A stretch of DNA of 64,000 nt, taken from a virus. Its lineage: Duplodnaviria > Caudoviricetes. Positions 1 to 9,597 of this stretch are shown here, one piece after another (within the stretch, counting starts at the first letter, position 1; each line of letters opens with the position of its first letter). Location: the IMG/VR virus record IMGVR_UViG_3300046786_000304, positions 64,001 through 128,000 of that record. One strand, 5' to 3'. Position numbers and translations under genes: made by a program. The notes under the pieces are model-generated. The model had not been told where the DNA came from. It saw only the letters and a program-made list of their open reading frames with translations, and did no database searches.

Positions 1-965
1 TCTTTGTTCATTTTATACCAGCGAAGCGTGTTCTTCAATGCTTCACGTAGTTCATATTTAGGTTTCCAGCCTAGAGCATTAATCTTTTCAGAACTTAATA
101 ATCTAACTGAAATCATAAATGCTTTGTTGTTAACGTACTCAATTGGATTGTCATTGTTGTCTAACTCTTTAAGCATGGCCAACACTTCATTGACTGTATA
201 ACCTTTGCCATAACTTACATTGTATACGTCGTGTTTGTCAACATTTTCTGCTACGAATACAATGCCTTCGGCCATGTCTTCAACGTGTAACAAGTCGCGA
301 ACGTCATTGCCATCTCCCCATACAGGAATAGGATTTAATCCGTCTGCTACTTTGCGAATACTTGCTGGCGTAACGTGGCATTTTTCATAGTCAAACTTAT
401 CATTAGGGCCAAACGCATTACTTGGACGAATAATAATACATTGCATTGGATTATGAATTTGATTACTGAAAAAGTCACATAAATTTTCACTGTAACGTTT
501 CATTCCGCCTACAGCTTTGTATACTGGAATTAAAGGTGTACCATTAGTGTCAATGCCTTCATGGCAAAATTCAGTGCCCATGTCTGGATATACAGTATTT
601 GAACTAATAAACACAAATTTCTTAACGCCATTGCGCCAGCTGTGTTCCATTAAGTTTGTATTCATTTCAATGTTAGGCGTTACGTGTAGCAATGGATTAA
701 ACTTAGTGTCTAAAGCATTACTAGTATTAGCCGCACAGTGAATAACAACATCAATGTCTTTGCTTACCTTTTCGCAGAATTCTGCTGTACGCAAATCACC
801 ATGGTGATTCTCTACTGTTTCCCATCCGTAAAAGTCTTTACGTAATGTTCTGCTATAAGTTGTACTGCGTACATTCTTATAACCTTTTTCAAATAATGTT
901 CTTAATATGTGGCTACCAATAAATCCCGATGCGCCTGTAACTAAAATTCTGTCTGTTTTTTGCAT
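1..965 (-). CDS. NAD-dependent epimerase/dehydratase, GDP-L-fucose synthase-like (truncated at window edge)
   Basis: Manually translated: MQKTDRILVTGASGFIGSH (Rossmann GxxGxxG), FVFISSNTVYP, IIRPSNAFGPND, VWGDGNDVRDLLHV. No stop before base 1, so it is absent from the ORF track. Confidence 0.85.
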   Translation of the reverse strand, partial: MQKTDRILVTGASGFIGSHILRTLFEKGYKNVRSTTYSRTLRKDFYGWETVENHHGDLRTAEFCEKVSKDIDVVIHCAANTSNALDTKFNPLLHVTPNIEMNTNLMEHSWRNGVKKFVFISSNTVYPDMGTEFCHEGIDTNGTPLIPVYKAVGGMKRYSENLCDFFSNQIHNPMQCIIIRPSNAFGPNDKFDYEKCHVTPASIRKVADGLNPIPVWGDGNDVRDLLHVEDMAEGIVFVAENVDKHDVYNVSYGKGYTVNEVLAMLKELDNNDNPIEYVNNKAFMISVRLLSSEKINALGWKPKYELREALKNTLRWYKMNK

Positions 966-966
966 T

Positions 967-1944
967 TTATTTTCCGATATAAGTTTCGATGGTCTTCTTG
1001 ATACCATCTCTTAGTGTAGTTCTTGGTAACATGTCATATTTACGTTGCTTATCCGCACTTAGACAGCGAACCGGGTCACCATTCATTTTTGTTTCATCCC
1101 AAACAATTTTCTTTTCTTCGCCACTGATTTCTTTATACACATCAATGATTGTTTCAATTGTTTCTTTAATACTAACTGCTGTGCCGCAACCAAAGTTAAC
1201 AATATCTTTGACTTCTTTAGTAACTGCGTCAATGCTGGCCTGTGCAACATCATCACCAAACACAAAGTCTCTGCGAGCACTGCCATTGCCCCAACATGTA
1301 ATGCTATCTCCGGGAACGTTCTTTAGTTTCCAAATGTTTGAACTAATAACTGTAGCATCTTCAGCAAAGTTATCATTGATACCATAAATGTTACTTGGAC
1401 GAATAACTGTCCAATTATCCCAGCCGTATTGTACTGTTAGAGATTCTAAAGTTGCTTCGCCCATGCGCTTGGTCCAACCTGGATACCAGTCATTCTTACT
1501 AGGTGTTGTTTTCCAAACATCATCTTCGTTCATTAGTTCAGCTGGCTGATAAACGCCCACGCTACTCAAGTATACAAACCAATCTACCTTGGCGTCAAAT
1601 GCTGCCTTAATCATGTTAGTGTTAAACATTAACATAGGGAACAAATAATCGCAGGGCTGTTTACTGCTACGTGCTGGACTGCCTTTGACTCCGGCAATGT
1701 GTAATACATAATTAATGTTCTTGCTTTTGAACAATTCTTCACAATTATGCAGATAAGTTAAATCACAGTTAACAAATTCTACGACGCTAGGATACTTGTC
1801 ACAGACTTCTTTAAGCTTGGGACTTTGTCTAATATCCACAGCATAAACTTTGCTGGCGCCTTGTTGTACGCTTTTTTCAACTGCTGGTACACCCACTAAT
1901 CCACTTGCACCTGTTATTAATACTACTTTGTTTTCAAATTTCAT
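967..1944 (-). CDS. NAD-dependent epimerase/dehydratase (extended SDR, GDP-fucose synthase-like)
   Basis: VLITGASGLVG, YLSSVGVY, YPGWTKRMGE, RPSNIYG, WGNGSARRDFVF. Start placed at the ATG overlapping the upstream TGA (ATGA). Confidence 0.85.
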   Translation of the reverse strand: MKFENKVVLITGASGLVGVPAVEKSVQQGASKVYAVDIRQSPKLKEVCDKYPSVVEFVNCDLTYLHNCEELFKSKNINYVLHIAGVKGSPARSSKQPCDYLFPMLMFNTNMIKAAFDAKVDWFVYLSSVGVYQPAELMNEDDVWKTTPSKNDWYPGWTKRMGEATLESLTVQYGWDNWTVIRPSNIYGINDNFAEDATVISSNIWKLKNVPGDSITCWGNGSARRDFVFGDDVAQASIDAVTKEVKDIVNFGCGTAVSIKETIETIIDVYKEISGEEKKIVWDETKMNGDPVRCLSADKQRKYDMLPRTTLRDGIKKTIETYIGK

Positions 1945-3386
1945 TTTAAATACCACTTTCTTATATCGTTAAATGTTTTATTAAATGGGTTATACTTACC
2001 AAAAGTCTTTGCATGATTTTGATTGTGTATTAACACATCCGTTAGCTGATAATATATATCATGTATTTCACTTAGTGGTAATACTGATAATCTATAAATC
2101 TCTGAGTTGATTAATTCAAATCTATTTCTATAATCTGTACATTCGTCATATGATTCGTCGATTAAAGGGCTAAATGTTTTAAATCCCAAATCCCGTAATG
2201 TTTTTAATGTAAACGGATTCCCTATCACTATAAATGGCTGTAAATTAATTATAGGGTGATGAAACGTTTTTTCGCTGATAAACGGAAAAGCCCCTCCGCC
2301 ATGTTCGAATGAAGTTTCACTTACAATATTAATATACGATTCAGCGAACAATGCTTTATTGTTGTTATTAAGATTAAAGCTGTGTTTCTGGTCCACAGGT
2401 AAATGCGCTGTATCAATTTCCATTGGAATATTTTCGACAATAGAATCAACAATCGATTCTAAATCATCGGGTTCTCCGGTAAAATGCGAGATTGTATTAT
2501 AGATTCTATGCTTATTAGTGTAATCATGTAATGCTACAAAACTAAAAATGCTGTCATTTAATAGTTTATATTTGAACGCCATGTACGCACTTAGCCAACG
2601 ATGTGGTCTGTGCATATTCCTATTCATACAAATAAACCTTTTACTGCGAATGTGATCGATATCTAAATCTTCTGGTTTAACATAATCAGACTTGTATCCC
2701 AATGATCCTACCCTGGGGTATTCGTGGAACTTGTCAGCTAATTGATTTAAAACAATGTATCCATTTGTTATTTTTATTTTACTGTCGGAATACATATCAT
2801 AATGACTGTCGAATGTATTGCCTCCGATTATAATAATATTTTCCCCAGAAATGCCGTGTTTGTTAAAATATTTTTCTATTTCTAGCAAGTTTTCAGAATG
2901 TTCCACTGGATCATGTATTACATTTAATACTAATTTGATATTGCCAGTTTGTAAACCCAATAATACTCTAGGATCTAATGTGTCAATGAATTCATAATTA
3001 TAATCAATTCCGTTCAATTTAATTGAATAATTACCGTAAATTAAATTTAAAGTAAAACAAATCTCAACAGGATAAAGGTATATGTCACCGTTATATACTA
3101 TTTCGTCAACTGTTACTATATTGTCAATGCCATAGTGAAGTTTGTAATAATTATAAAAGTTTTTATGAGAAATATGTGCCCGCCACGTAGACGATTCGTT
3201 CTGCGATTGTAATTCATCGACAATATTGCTTTGAAACGCAAACTCATTATCCTTAAGCTTGTCTAAGATATACTCATTTACCTGTGGCAATGAACCGTTT
3301 AAAAGAAACTCCTTGCCTTGATAATTGACATAGGAGTTACTGTAAACTAATTTTATATTGCGATTATAATTGTTGAATAAACTCAT
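1941..3386 (-). CDS. GT10 (fucosyltransferase)-like putative glycosyltransferase, paralog 1
   Basis: RFICMNR..HR and YINIVSET..FISEKT..PIINLQPFIVIG..GFKTF..IDESYD. This resembles the GT10 FENS..YITEK..VPIVLG nucleotide-sugar binding motif. Confidence 0.5.
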   Translation of the reverse strand: MSLFNNYNRNIKLVYSNSYVNYQGKEFLLNGSLPQVNEYILDKLKDNEFAFQSNIVDELQSQNESSTWRAHISHKNFYNYYKLHYGIDNIVTVDEIVYNGDIYLYPVEICFTLNLIYGNYSIKLNGIDYNYEFIDTLDPRVLLGLQTGNIKLVLNVIHDPVEHSENLLEIEKYFNKHGISGENIIIIGGNTFDSHYDMYSDSKIKITNGYIVLNQLADKFHEYPRVGSLGYKSDYVKPEDLDIDHIRSKRFICMNRNMHRPHRWLSAYMAFKYKLLNDSIFSFVALHDYTNKHRIYNTISHFTGEPDDLESIVDSIVENIPMEIDTAHLPVDQKHSFNLNNNNKALFAESYINIVSETSFEHGGGAFPFISEKTFHHPIINLQPFIVIGNPFTLKTLRDLGFKTFSPLIDESYDECTDYRNRFELINSEIYRLSVLPLSEIHDIYYQLTDVLIHNQNHAKTFGKYNPFNKTFNDIRKWYLK

Positions 3387-4773
3387 AAGATATCTTGTAT
3401 GGGTTAGTATCTTTAAAAGACGCAAAATGATTTCTATTATAGATTAAAATATCTTTCATCGAATAGTATAACTCATGCAATTCATTATGACTTAATGCGT
3501 TTAATTTTAATATTTCTTTTTGAATCATTTGCATTCTTGTCAAATAATCGGGTTCTAAATCATAACTCTCATCTATAAATGGACTAAATGTTTTAAAGCC
3601 CAAATTCTTTAATTGCTGTAGAGAACCAAAATCCCCGATCATTATAAATGGCTGTAAGTTAATAATAGGCCTGTATGTTTTTTCAGAGAAAAACGGACTA
3701 TTATCTATAGGGCCAAAGAAACTTGTTTCTGATATAATGTGAAAATATGTATCAGTGTACCATTCTTTTTTATTGTTGTCAGTTACAAAGCCTCTTTTTT
3801 CGTCAACTGTTAAATGATTGGTATCTATTTCATAGGGCATTATAGACATTAAGTCATTGAGCTCTTCATCGGTGATACGCGAACCCAACAATGATGTTAT
3901 GCTATCCCTGATATTATCAGGGCTGTCAGGAATATTAACAAAACTAAAGATGCTATTGTTTAATAGTCCATTCTTCAATGCCATATATGCTATATAATAT
4001 CTATGCGAACGCATGGATCTATTAAAGCAAAGAAACTTTTTTGGCCGCATTTTAGTAATGTCTAAATCACTGTCACGTACAATATCTGAAGTATATCCCA
4101 TTGATGTAGGTCTAGGGAAATCATCCATACAACGAGCTTGCTGTTGTAACGCTAGATTACCATAAGTGAATTTAGTTAGACTATCAGGAAAGTCTTTGGT
4201 ATGATTTAAAAACTTATTGCCAAATATAAACACTAAATTAGATTCACTGACTCCAAGTTTCCGCAATCGCAATTCTAATTCTCGTATACTAGGTGCGTAA
4301 TGGCAAGGATCTTGTATGTTACAAATAACTATTTTAATTCTATCTGCTTTTAAATGTTCAATGATTGGTTCTATTAAATCTTCAATGGAATACTCAACAG
4401 TATTGCCGTCTAAATCAATTGTTGTTTTGTCATTTAATGCGTTGATAGAAGTGGCTATTTCAATTGGAAATATATAAGTTGTATCTTTATCATTGACGTC
4501 TATGTCATATATAGGTATTATATTCTTTTCACCTATATTGTTCATAAAGTAATAATGAAAATTACCTAAGTTAAATGTTAAATTCCATCCAACTGAAGAA
4601 CTATTGCGTACTTCTTCGATACAACTATGCGGGTTTAATTCATTGATGTCAACGATATATTTTTTGTCAATGTGATTCATTACAACCTGCGGAATGCCGT
4701 TGCTAAAATAAATCTTTTCGCCATTACTCTTAGAATAAATGTGCGAGTATACTGCTTTTAAAATACGACCCAT
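3364..4773 (-). CDS. GT10-like putative glycosyltransferase, paralog 2
   Basis: KKFLCFNRSMRSHR; YFHIISET..FFSEKTYRPIINLQPFIMIG..GFKTFSPFIDESYD. Confidence 0.5.
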   Translation of the reverse strand: MGRILKAVYSHIYSKSNGEKIYFSNGIPQVVMNHIDKKYIVDINELNPHSCIEEVRNSSSVGWNLTFNLGNFHYYFMNNIGEKNIIPIYDIDVNDKDTTYIFPIEIATSINALNDKTTIDLDGNTVEYSIEDLIEPIIEHLKADRIKIVICNIQDPCHYAPSIRELELRLRKLGVSESNLVFIFGNKFLNHTKDFPDSLTKFTYGNLALQQQARCMDDFPRPTSMGYTSDIVRDSDLDITKMRPKKFLCFNRSMRSHRYYIAYMALKNGLLNNSIFSFVNIPDSPDNIRDSITSLLGSRITDEELNDLMSIMPYEIDTNHLTVDEKRGFVTDNNKKEWYTDTYFHIISETSFFGPIDNSPFFSEKTYRPIINLQPFIMIGDFGSLQQLKNLGFKTFSPFIDESYDLEPDYLTRMQMIQKEILKLNALSHNELHELYYSMKDILIYNRNHFASFKDTNPYKISYEFIQQL

Positions 4774-5387
4774 TTGCCTGTTCCATAATGTGGGAATTTA
4801 GATTTGTATTCATACCAGATAACATCTTCGGGAATATCACGCTTGTGATTCCATGTTGCTACTGTGGGAGTATTAGTTGATACTGCGTTATCTTCTACAA
4901 TGAAATATAAAGGCAAATTAAAGTTTCTAGCGTACTTGTGTACTTCATAAAAGATGCCGCTTTCAAAACTCATGTCCCCAATAAAACACCAAACTTTTTC
5001 ATCGCTGCCGCTGTCTTTAATTGATTGTGCAACACCTAAAGCAATAGATAAAGTTCCGCCAACAATAGCACTGGCGTAAAATTTATTGTCTAAATTACAT
5101 ATAGTAATGCTCTTACCAGCTAGGATATCTTGTTCAATAATTGCGGGATCAATGCCTTTGAGCAGTGCATGATAATGACTACGCCAAGTAGAAAATACCC
5201 AGTCTGTTGTTTTAATTCTTTTGAAGATTTCAATTAGCTGTTCTTCATTATTGTTTGACAAGTGTACAGGGCCGCGGATTTTAGCATTTTCCCAGTGGTT
5301 TACAATTTTATCTTCGAATGCTATTAAATCTTCTTTGGTCAAGCTAATTGGCCTTACAACTTCATATTTGTCAATATTTTTAATCAT
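4758..5387 (-). CDS. Thiamine-diphosphate enzyme, pyruvate dehydrogenase E1 alpha-like (short)
   Basis: RGPVHLS, WVFSTWRSHYHAL, ASAIVGG, and the ThDP motif FIGDMSFESG...IVEDN. Confidence 0.85.
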   Translation of the reverse strand: MIKNIDKYEVVRPISLTKEDLIAFEDKIVNHWENAKIRGPVHLSNNNEEQLIEIFKRIKTTDWVFSTWRSHYHALLKGIDPAIIEQDILAGKSITICNLDNKFYASAIVGGTLSIALGVAQSIKDSGSDEKVWCFIGDMSFESGIFYEVHKYARNFNLPLYFIVEDNAVSTNTPTVATWNHKRDIPEDVIWYEYKSKFPHYGTGKWVVF

Positions 5388-5395
5388 TTTTTTCC

Positions 5396-5956
5396 TTAGG
5401 GTTTAACAAGATACCAAAGTGTACCTGTAATTTTTGCTTTCTGATTGAACATTTCTTCCAATCTATGTACATTCTGATTTACGTCAGGAAATTCTATAGG
5501 GAGACCAGTGGTGTACGGAGTGTAATCGTGGCCTGCTACAATTCCTCCTGATTTAACAAAAGGAAGGAAATGTTCTATAATAGACCAGTCGCTGGGATTA
5601 TAATGTCCTGCATCAATGAAGAATACGTCTATTGGTCTTGGATCAGTGTAGCCAGCGTGTTCAGGAGTTAGTCCTCTAATTGGTATTATGTTTTTATATT
5701 CTGCTGTGTTCTTTTGAAACTCTTCCCATGTATTACACGGGTTTCCTTCGTGATCTGTTAATTCTTCGTAAAAAATATCAAAACAATATATAGTAACAGA
5801 AGGGTCTGCGCTCATTGCCCATGCTACAGAACTTTTGCCACAAAAACTTCCTACTTCCACTATAACGCCGACTTCAGGCACTGTTTTAGCCAATGATTCG
5901 ATTACTTGAAGTTCGTTTTCAAACATCCATCCTTTAATATCTAGTTTATATGGCAT
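5396..5956 (-). CDS. Class I SAM-dependent methyltransferase (Methyltransf_24-like)
   Basis: VEVGSFCGKS, DVFFIDAGH, VKSGGIVAGHDY. Confidence 0.85.
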   Translation of the reverse strand: MPYKLDIKGWMFENELQVIESLAKTVPEVGVIVEVGSFCGKSSVAWAMSADPSVTIYCFDIFYEELTDHEGNPCNTWEEFQKNTAEYKNIIPIRGLTPEHAGYTDPRPIDVFFIDAGHYNPSDWSIIEHFLPFVKSGGIVAGHDYTPYTTGLPIEFPDVNQNVHRLEEMFNQKAKITGTLWYLVKP

Positions 5957-5966
5957 ATTATTTTTC

Positions 5967-6512
5967 TCATCTATCTCTTGCTTGTAACACTGGCTTATCT
6001 GTAGGCCATTCTATGTTGAATTTACTGTCATTCCATTTGATTACGCCCTGTGCTTTTTCATCAACATAGTCGCCTTGATAAAACAGATTATAATGGAATA
6101 CACAATCTGTTAAGGCAAAGTGTCCGTTGGCGAAGCCAGGAGGAACAAGTACTTGGTCTCTAGTCTTTTCACTGATAATATAACTTTCCCACTTACCGTA
6201 TGTAGTACTGTTTTCTCTTACATCCATTACTACAAGATATATATCTCCAACTAAAGCCTGTACTAATTTCCAAGTCTTGTCGTCATAGTGTAATCCACGT
6301 AGCACGCCTTGATATGACTTGCTGAATCTGCCATGGATATTAACATCCTTGGGCAGTAATTTCATAACTGGATGTGTTTCGCTGTGAAACGTTGTGAAAA
6401 TTTCACCGCGATATTCTCTATAGACACTGGGGCTGTATACAGGAACATCTGTACCAAACTTAGCTAAGTATGATACATCAACATTATCCCATTGGGGCAA
6501 TTTATAATTCAT
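5967..6512 (-). CDS. rfbC: dTDP-4-dehydrorhamnose 3,5-epimerase
   Basis: YREYRG, SKSYQGVLRGLHY, VPPGFANGH, IKWND..IEWP: RmlC cupin signature. The ATG at 6512 was preferred over the GTG at 6536. Confidence 0.9.
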   Translation of the reverse strand: MNYKLPQWDNVDVSYLAKFGTDVPVYSPSVYREYRGEIFTTFHSETHPVMKLLPKDVNIHGRFSKSYQGVLRGLHYDDKTWKLVQALVGDIYLVVMDVRENSTTYGKWESYIISEKTRDQVLVPPGFANGHFALTDCVFHYNLFYQGDYVDEKAQGVIKWNDSKFNIEWPTDKPVLQARDR

Positions 6513-7938
6513 TATTTGTACCCCAAATTCTTTCACCCAAATAACTTATAAAATTTTCAGTTGTCTTATCTGTTTTGTATAATGTCAACAAATGTTCTCT
6601 ATTGTGTATAAGAATATCTTCCATGCCCCAATACCAACTATGTAATTGTTTTTTATTCATTTTACATAGTCTTTTAATTTCTGCGTGAACCATTGCTACT
6701 CGTTTTGAAGTGTCTTGTTCTAAGTCGTAGCTTTCGTCAATGAATCCCGTGAATGTTTTAAAGCCCATATCCCGCAATAGTTGTAATGCGCCTGGAAAAG
6801 ATATAAACAAGAAAGGCAAATAATTTCCTATAGGCTTGCATATCTTTTCAGTTACTGACTTGTAAGGACCTTCTGTATATGTTTCTGTACAGATATAAAA
6901 ATAAGCATTATTATATGAATCAACTTGAGTGTCTGTCCAGGAACTAACACTATTGAATGTATCATTGGGTTCGTCTTTTAACGACTTTGGCAACCGATTA
7001 AATAATCTTTTTACTTTTGCTTCAGTTAATTTAAATCCGTATTTTTCATTATACTCGTCTACTAGAGTATCATAATATTTGAAATCTGATAGCCAACTCC
7101 AATCTCCTTGGTCTAACAAGTTATCTTCATTTAATGCCAAGGCTAATGCTACTCTGTGCTCGCGAGAACGTCTTATTTTAAATAAGAAAGAATTTGGTCG
7201 TATCCTTTTAATTGATGATTGAAAGCGATCGAATTCTGTTCTGCCTTCCCGTGTCTGCATATAGAAGTAACTAGTATTGCTGATAACAAATGGCCAGCTT
7301 TTAACTATCAACATTCGTTCTTCTTCGGGGAACCATGACTTGTAAACTTCTTCGGCATTGAATGTATTGAACGCTAGTACAACTTGACTTTTTGGAATGC
7401 CGCTGTATTCTAATGCTGTATGTAAATTTTCATAGCTAGATTTCACAACAAAATTTTCCTGTCCGTAGTCAAGCACTATCAATGCTCGCCCTGAACGTGC
7501 ATCTTCTAATGCTTCCGTGGACATGAATTTCCAAAAGAAGTTACCTGCAATTTTTGTGTTGTTAAAGGCGGCTCCGTTAAAAGCATCAATGTGAGGACTA
7601 ATTTTTATAGGATATATGTATTTGTTATAACGCCTTTTTCCAAGATATAAACTTTCTTCTCTTGCGTCTACCAATTCCATACAAGGGCCTTGATTTAAAT
7701 GTGTACCAGGTGATGTATTAGGCCATGTACCAAAGCTTTTTCCAAACATAAAAGACAATACTGTATCAGTGTCTGATCCCATGGGAGATTGTTGTTCAAA
7801 TATACCCGAGTCTCTAACTGTAGTGGTATGCATGCTATGCATATAATTAATTATTCCTAGTTCAGGTTGTAGCGCATTTGCTAGCACTGAATTAGGAAAT
7901 ACATAATCGTATAATAAGGGTAGTGTTACTTTATCCAT
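6502..7938 (-). CDS. GT10-like putative glycosyltransferase, paralog 3
   Basis: FLFKIRR..HR; YFYICTET..VTEKICKPIGNYLPFLFIS..GFKTF..IDESYD. Confidence 0.5.
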   Translation of the reverse strand: MDKVTLPLLYDYVFPNSVLANALQPELGIINYMHSMHTTTVRDSGIFEQQSPMGSDTDTVLSFMFGKSFGTWPNTSPGTHLNQGPCMELVDAREESLYLGKRRYNKYIYPIKISPHIDAFNGAAFNNTKIAGNFFWKFMSTEALEDARSGRALIVLDYGQENFVVKSSYENLHTALEYSGIPKSQVVLAFNTFNAEEVYKSWFPEEERMLIVKSWPFVISNTSYFYMQTREGRTEFDRFQSSIKRIRPNSFLFKIRRSREHRVALALALNEDNLLDQGDWSWLSDFKYYDTLVDEYNEKYGFKLTEAKVKRLFNRLPKSLKDEPNDTFNSVSSWTDTQVDSYNNAYFYICTETYTEGPYKSVTEKICKPIGNYLPFLFISFPGALQLLRDMGFKTFTGFIDESYDLEQDTSKRVAMVHAEIKRLCKMNKKQLHSWYWGMEDILIHNREHLLTLYKTDKTTENFISYLGERIWGTNNEL

Positions 7939-8713
7939 TTAATAAACTGTTTATAAAAGCTTGATCATGTTTTTTTCTAAATTCATTGTTAAATTTTTGA
8001 CCCATTTGATTTTGGCTAGTGTGATCAAAATTTTTGTTACACTGGTCTACAAATGTTTTTGTTTTTGTAGTATTAAATCTAGGAAAAAACTCTGTAATGT
8101 ATTTAAGATAAACATTCGTACTTGGATGCCCGTCTGTGCGTTTTACATCTTCCCAGTACGGGCTATCAGTATACTGATTCTTTTCTTTCCATTTATCTAG
8201 CGTGATATTAACATCTAGCATTGAATAAATTTCATTAGCTAATGGTTTTATGCTGTCGTTTAATTTTGCGGTGCCGTCTATGTAAGCAGAATTATCTATG
8301 CCCATGACCATAACGTGCGGTATATCTTTTAACACTTTCTTAATCACTTTGGCAGCAATCCACGATTGGTAAACTGCCCAATTATCACTCCACATGTTTT
8401 TTACAAACTCTACTGTAACAGGGTTGTTAGTATTATAATTATAGCTGTGTAAATCGCCATATGTTTGCCAATTATTATCTTCGGGCAAGTAACTAAATCT
8501 ACCAAAGCCAGTTAACATTACTAGTACATAATCAGTTTTTGAATCGAACTTATATACTTCATCGGCTTCAACTATTTTGTTCATTATGAATGTATTTGAA
8601 CAGCCCGATCGACCATAGTTATAATACTCTTTAAAATTTACACCAATTAAATCTGCCCATGTGGCATACGAATAACTTGTATAACTACATCCAAACGCAA
8701 AACATCTTTTCAT
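7931..8713 (-). CDS. SGNH/GDSL-hydrolase-like protein 1
   Basis: FAFGCSYT (block I Ser), GRSGCSN (block II), C-terminal DGHPS. Confidence 0.6.
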   Translation of the reverse strand: MKRCFAFGCSYTSYSYATWADLIGVNFKEYYNYGRSGCSNTFIMNKIVEADEVYKFDSKTDYVLVMLTGFGRFSYLPEDNNWQTYGDLHSYNYNTNNPVTVEFVKNMWSDNWAVYQSWIAAKVIKKVLKDIPHVMVMGIDNSAYIDGTAKLNDSIKPLANEIYSMLDVNITLDKWKEKNQYTDSPYWEDVKRTDGHPSTNVYLKYITEFFPRFNTTKTKTFVDQCNKNFDHTSQNQMGQKFNNEFRKKHDQAFINSLLNG

Positions 8714-9597
8714 ATTATTTTCTTTACCAATGGAATTAACATATTATCACACCATACTCGATGTCCTTGCTGACTAGGGTGAAACCCATCCTGTGCAAAG
8801 TATTCCAGATTGTATTTATTTTGTAGATTTTTTCTTTCATCGTGTGATAACAAAATGGCATCATCTTCCATGACATTAATAAACTTATGCAAGTATTCGA
8901 ACATCCCTTGTTCAATTGTATTGGTTTTATCTAATTGTTTGAAGAGATAATTGACTATTTCATGATCTTTGTGGCGTTCAATGTCAGTATAAACATGTTT
9001 CATAAAAAATTGATTAATCAACTTAATGCTGTGTAACTTACAAAAGTTTTGAAGCATTACTATATTTTCCAAGCTTGAATGTGTTTTACCTACACCATTA
9101 ACTTCTTTGTCTAACATGTAATGTTGCTGTACAAATTCCAATTGGCTGTCGCTGCCATTAACAGTTAAATACCAACCGCCGTCTTTGTTATATTTGAATT
9201 CAGATCCGTTCTTAGTATAAAATACGCCATCGCCATTGATATCGTCGTTGGTAAGATTTAAAAACTGATGTGTCATTCCGCCATGAAAGTTTGGCCAATC
9301 ATTGACCATACGTTCTATTATTGTGGGATTATCAATGAACCAAGATTTGCGACTGGTGCCACTCCACATTACTGCTACTAATATCTCGCTGGCATTTAGT
9401 CCAGAATCTAATGCTGATATTATTGACGCACTAACACGCTTTTGTATAAGTTCTTGGCCACTGCTATTTCTACCAGTATGACTAGTTGTTAGACTAGGAT
9501 TTTGTTTACGTAAGAATTGAGTAAGACAGCCTACCCATCCGTTGTCGTCATCACCGGTACTAAAACTACATCCGCCGGTGATAAGATGTTTGATCAT
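8710..9597 (-). CDS. SGNH/GDSL-hydrolase-like protein 2
   Basis: ITGGCSFS, GRNSSGQ, C-terminal DGFHPS (DxxH). Confidence 0.6.
   Translation of the reverse strand: MIKHLITGGCSFSTGDDDNGWVGCLTQFLRKQNPSLTTSHTGRNSSGQELIQKRVSASIISALDSGLNASEILVAVMWSGTSRKSWFIDNPTIIERMVNDWPNFHGGMTHQFLNLTNDDINGDGVFYTKNGSEFKYNKDGGWYLTVNGSDSQLEFVQQHYMLDKEVNGVGKTHSSLENIVMLQNFCKLHSIKLINQFFMKHVYTDIERHKDHEIVNYLFKQLDKTNTIEQGMFEYLHKFINVMEDDAILLSHDERKNLQNKYNLEYFAQDGFHPSQQGHRVWCDNMLIPLVKKII

Noticed and set aside
989-1387. Numerous 60-140 aa opposite-strand ORFs in the track (e.g. 989-1387, 41670-42101, 48610-49002, 58313-58693)
   Set aside because: Fully nested antisense to well-supported genes and lacking start signals or motifs
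4758-5387. E1-alpha as a central-carbon auxiliary metabolic gene
   Set aside because: Truncated relative to true PDH E1-alpha and embedded in a sugar-nucleotide operon; glycan tailoring fits better, though it is unproven
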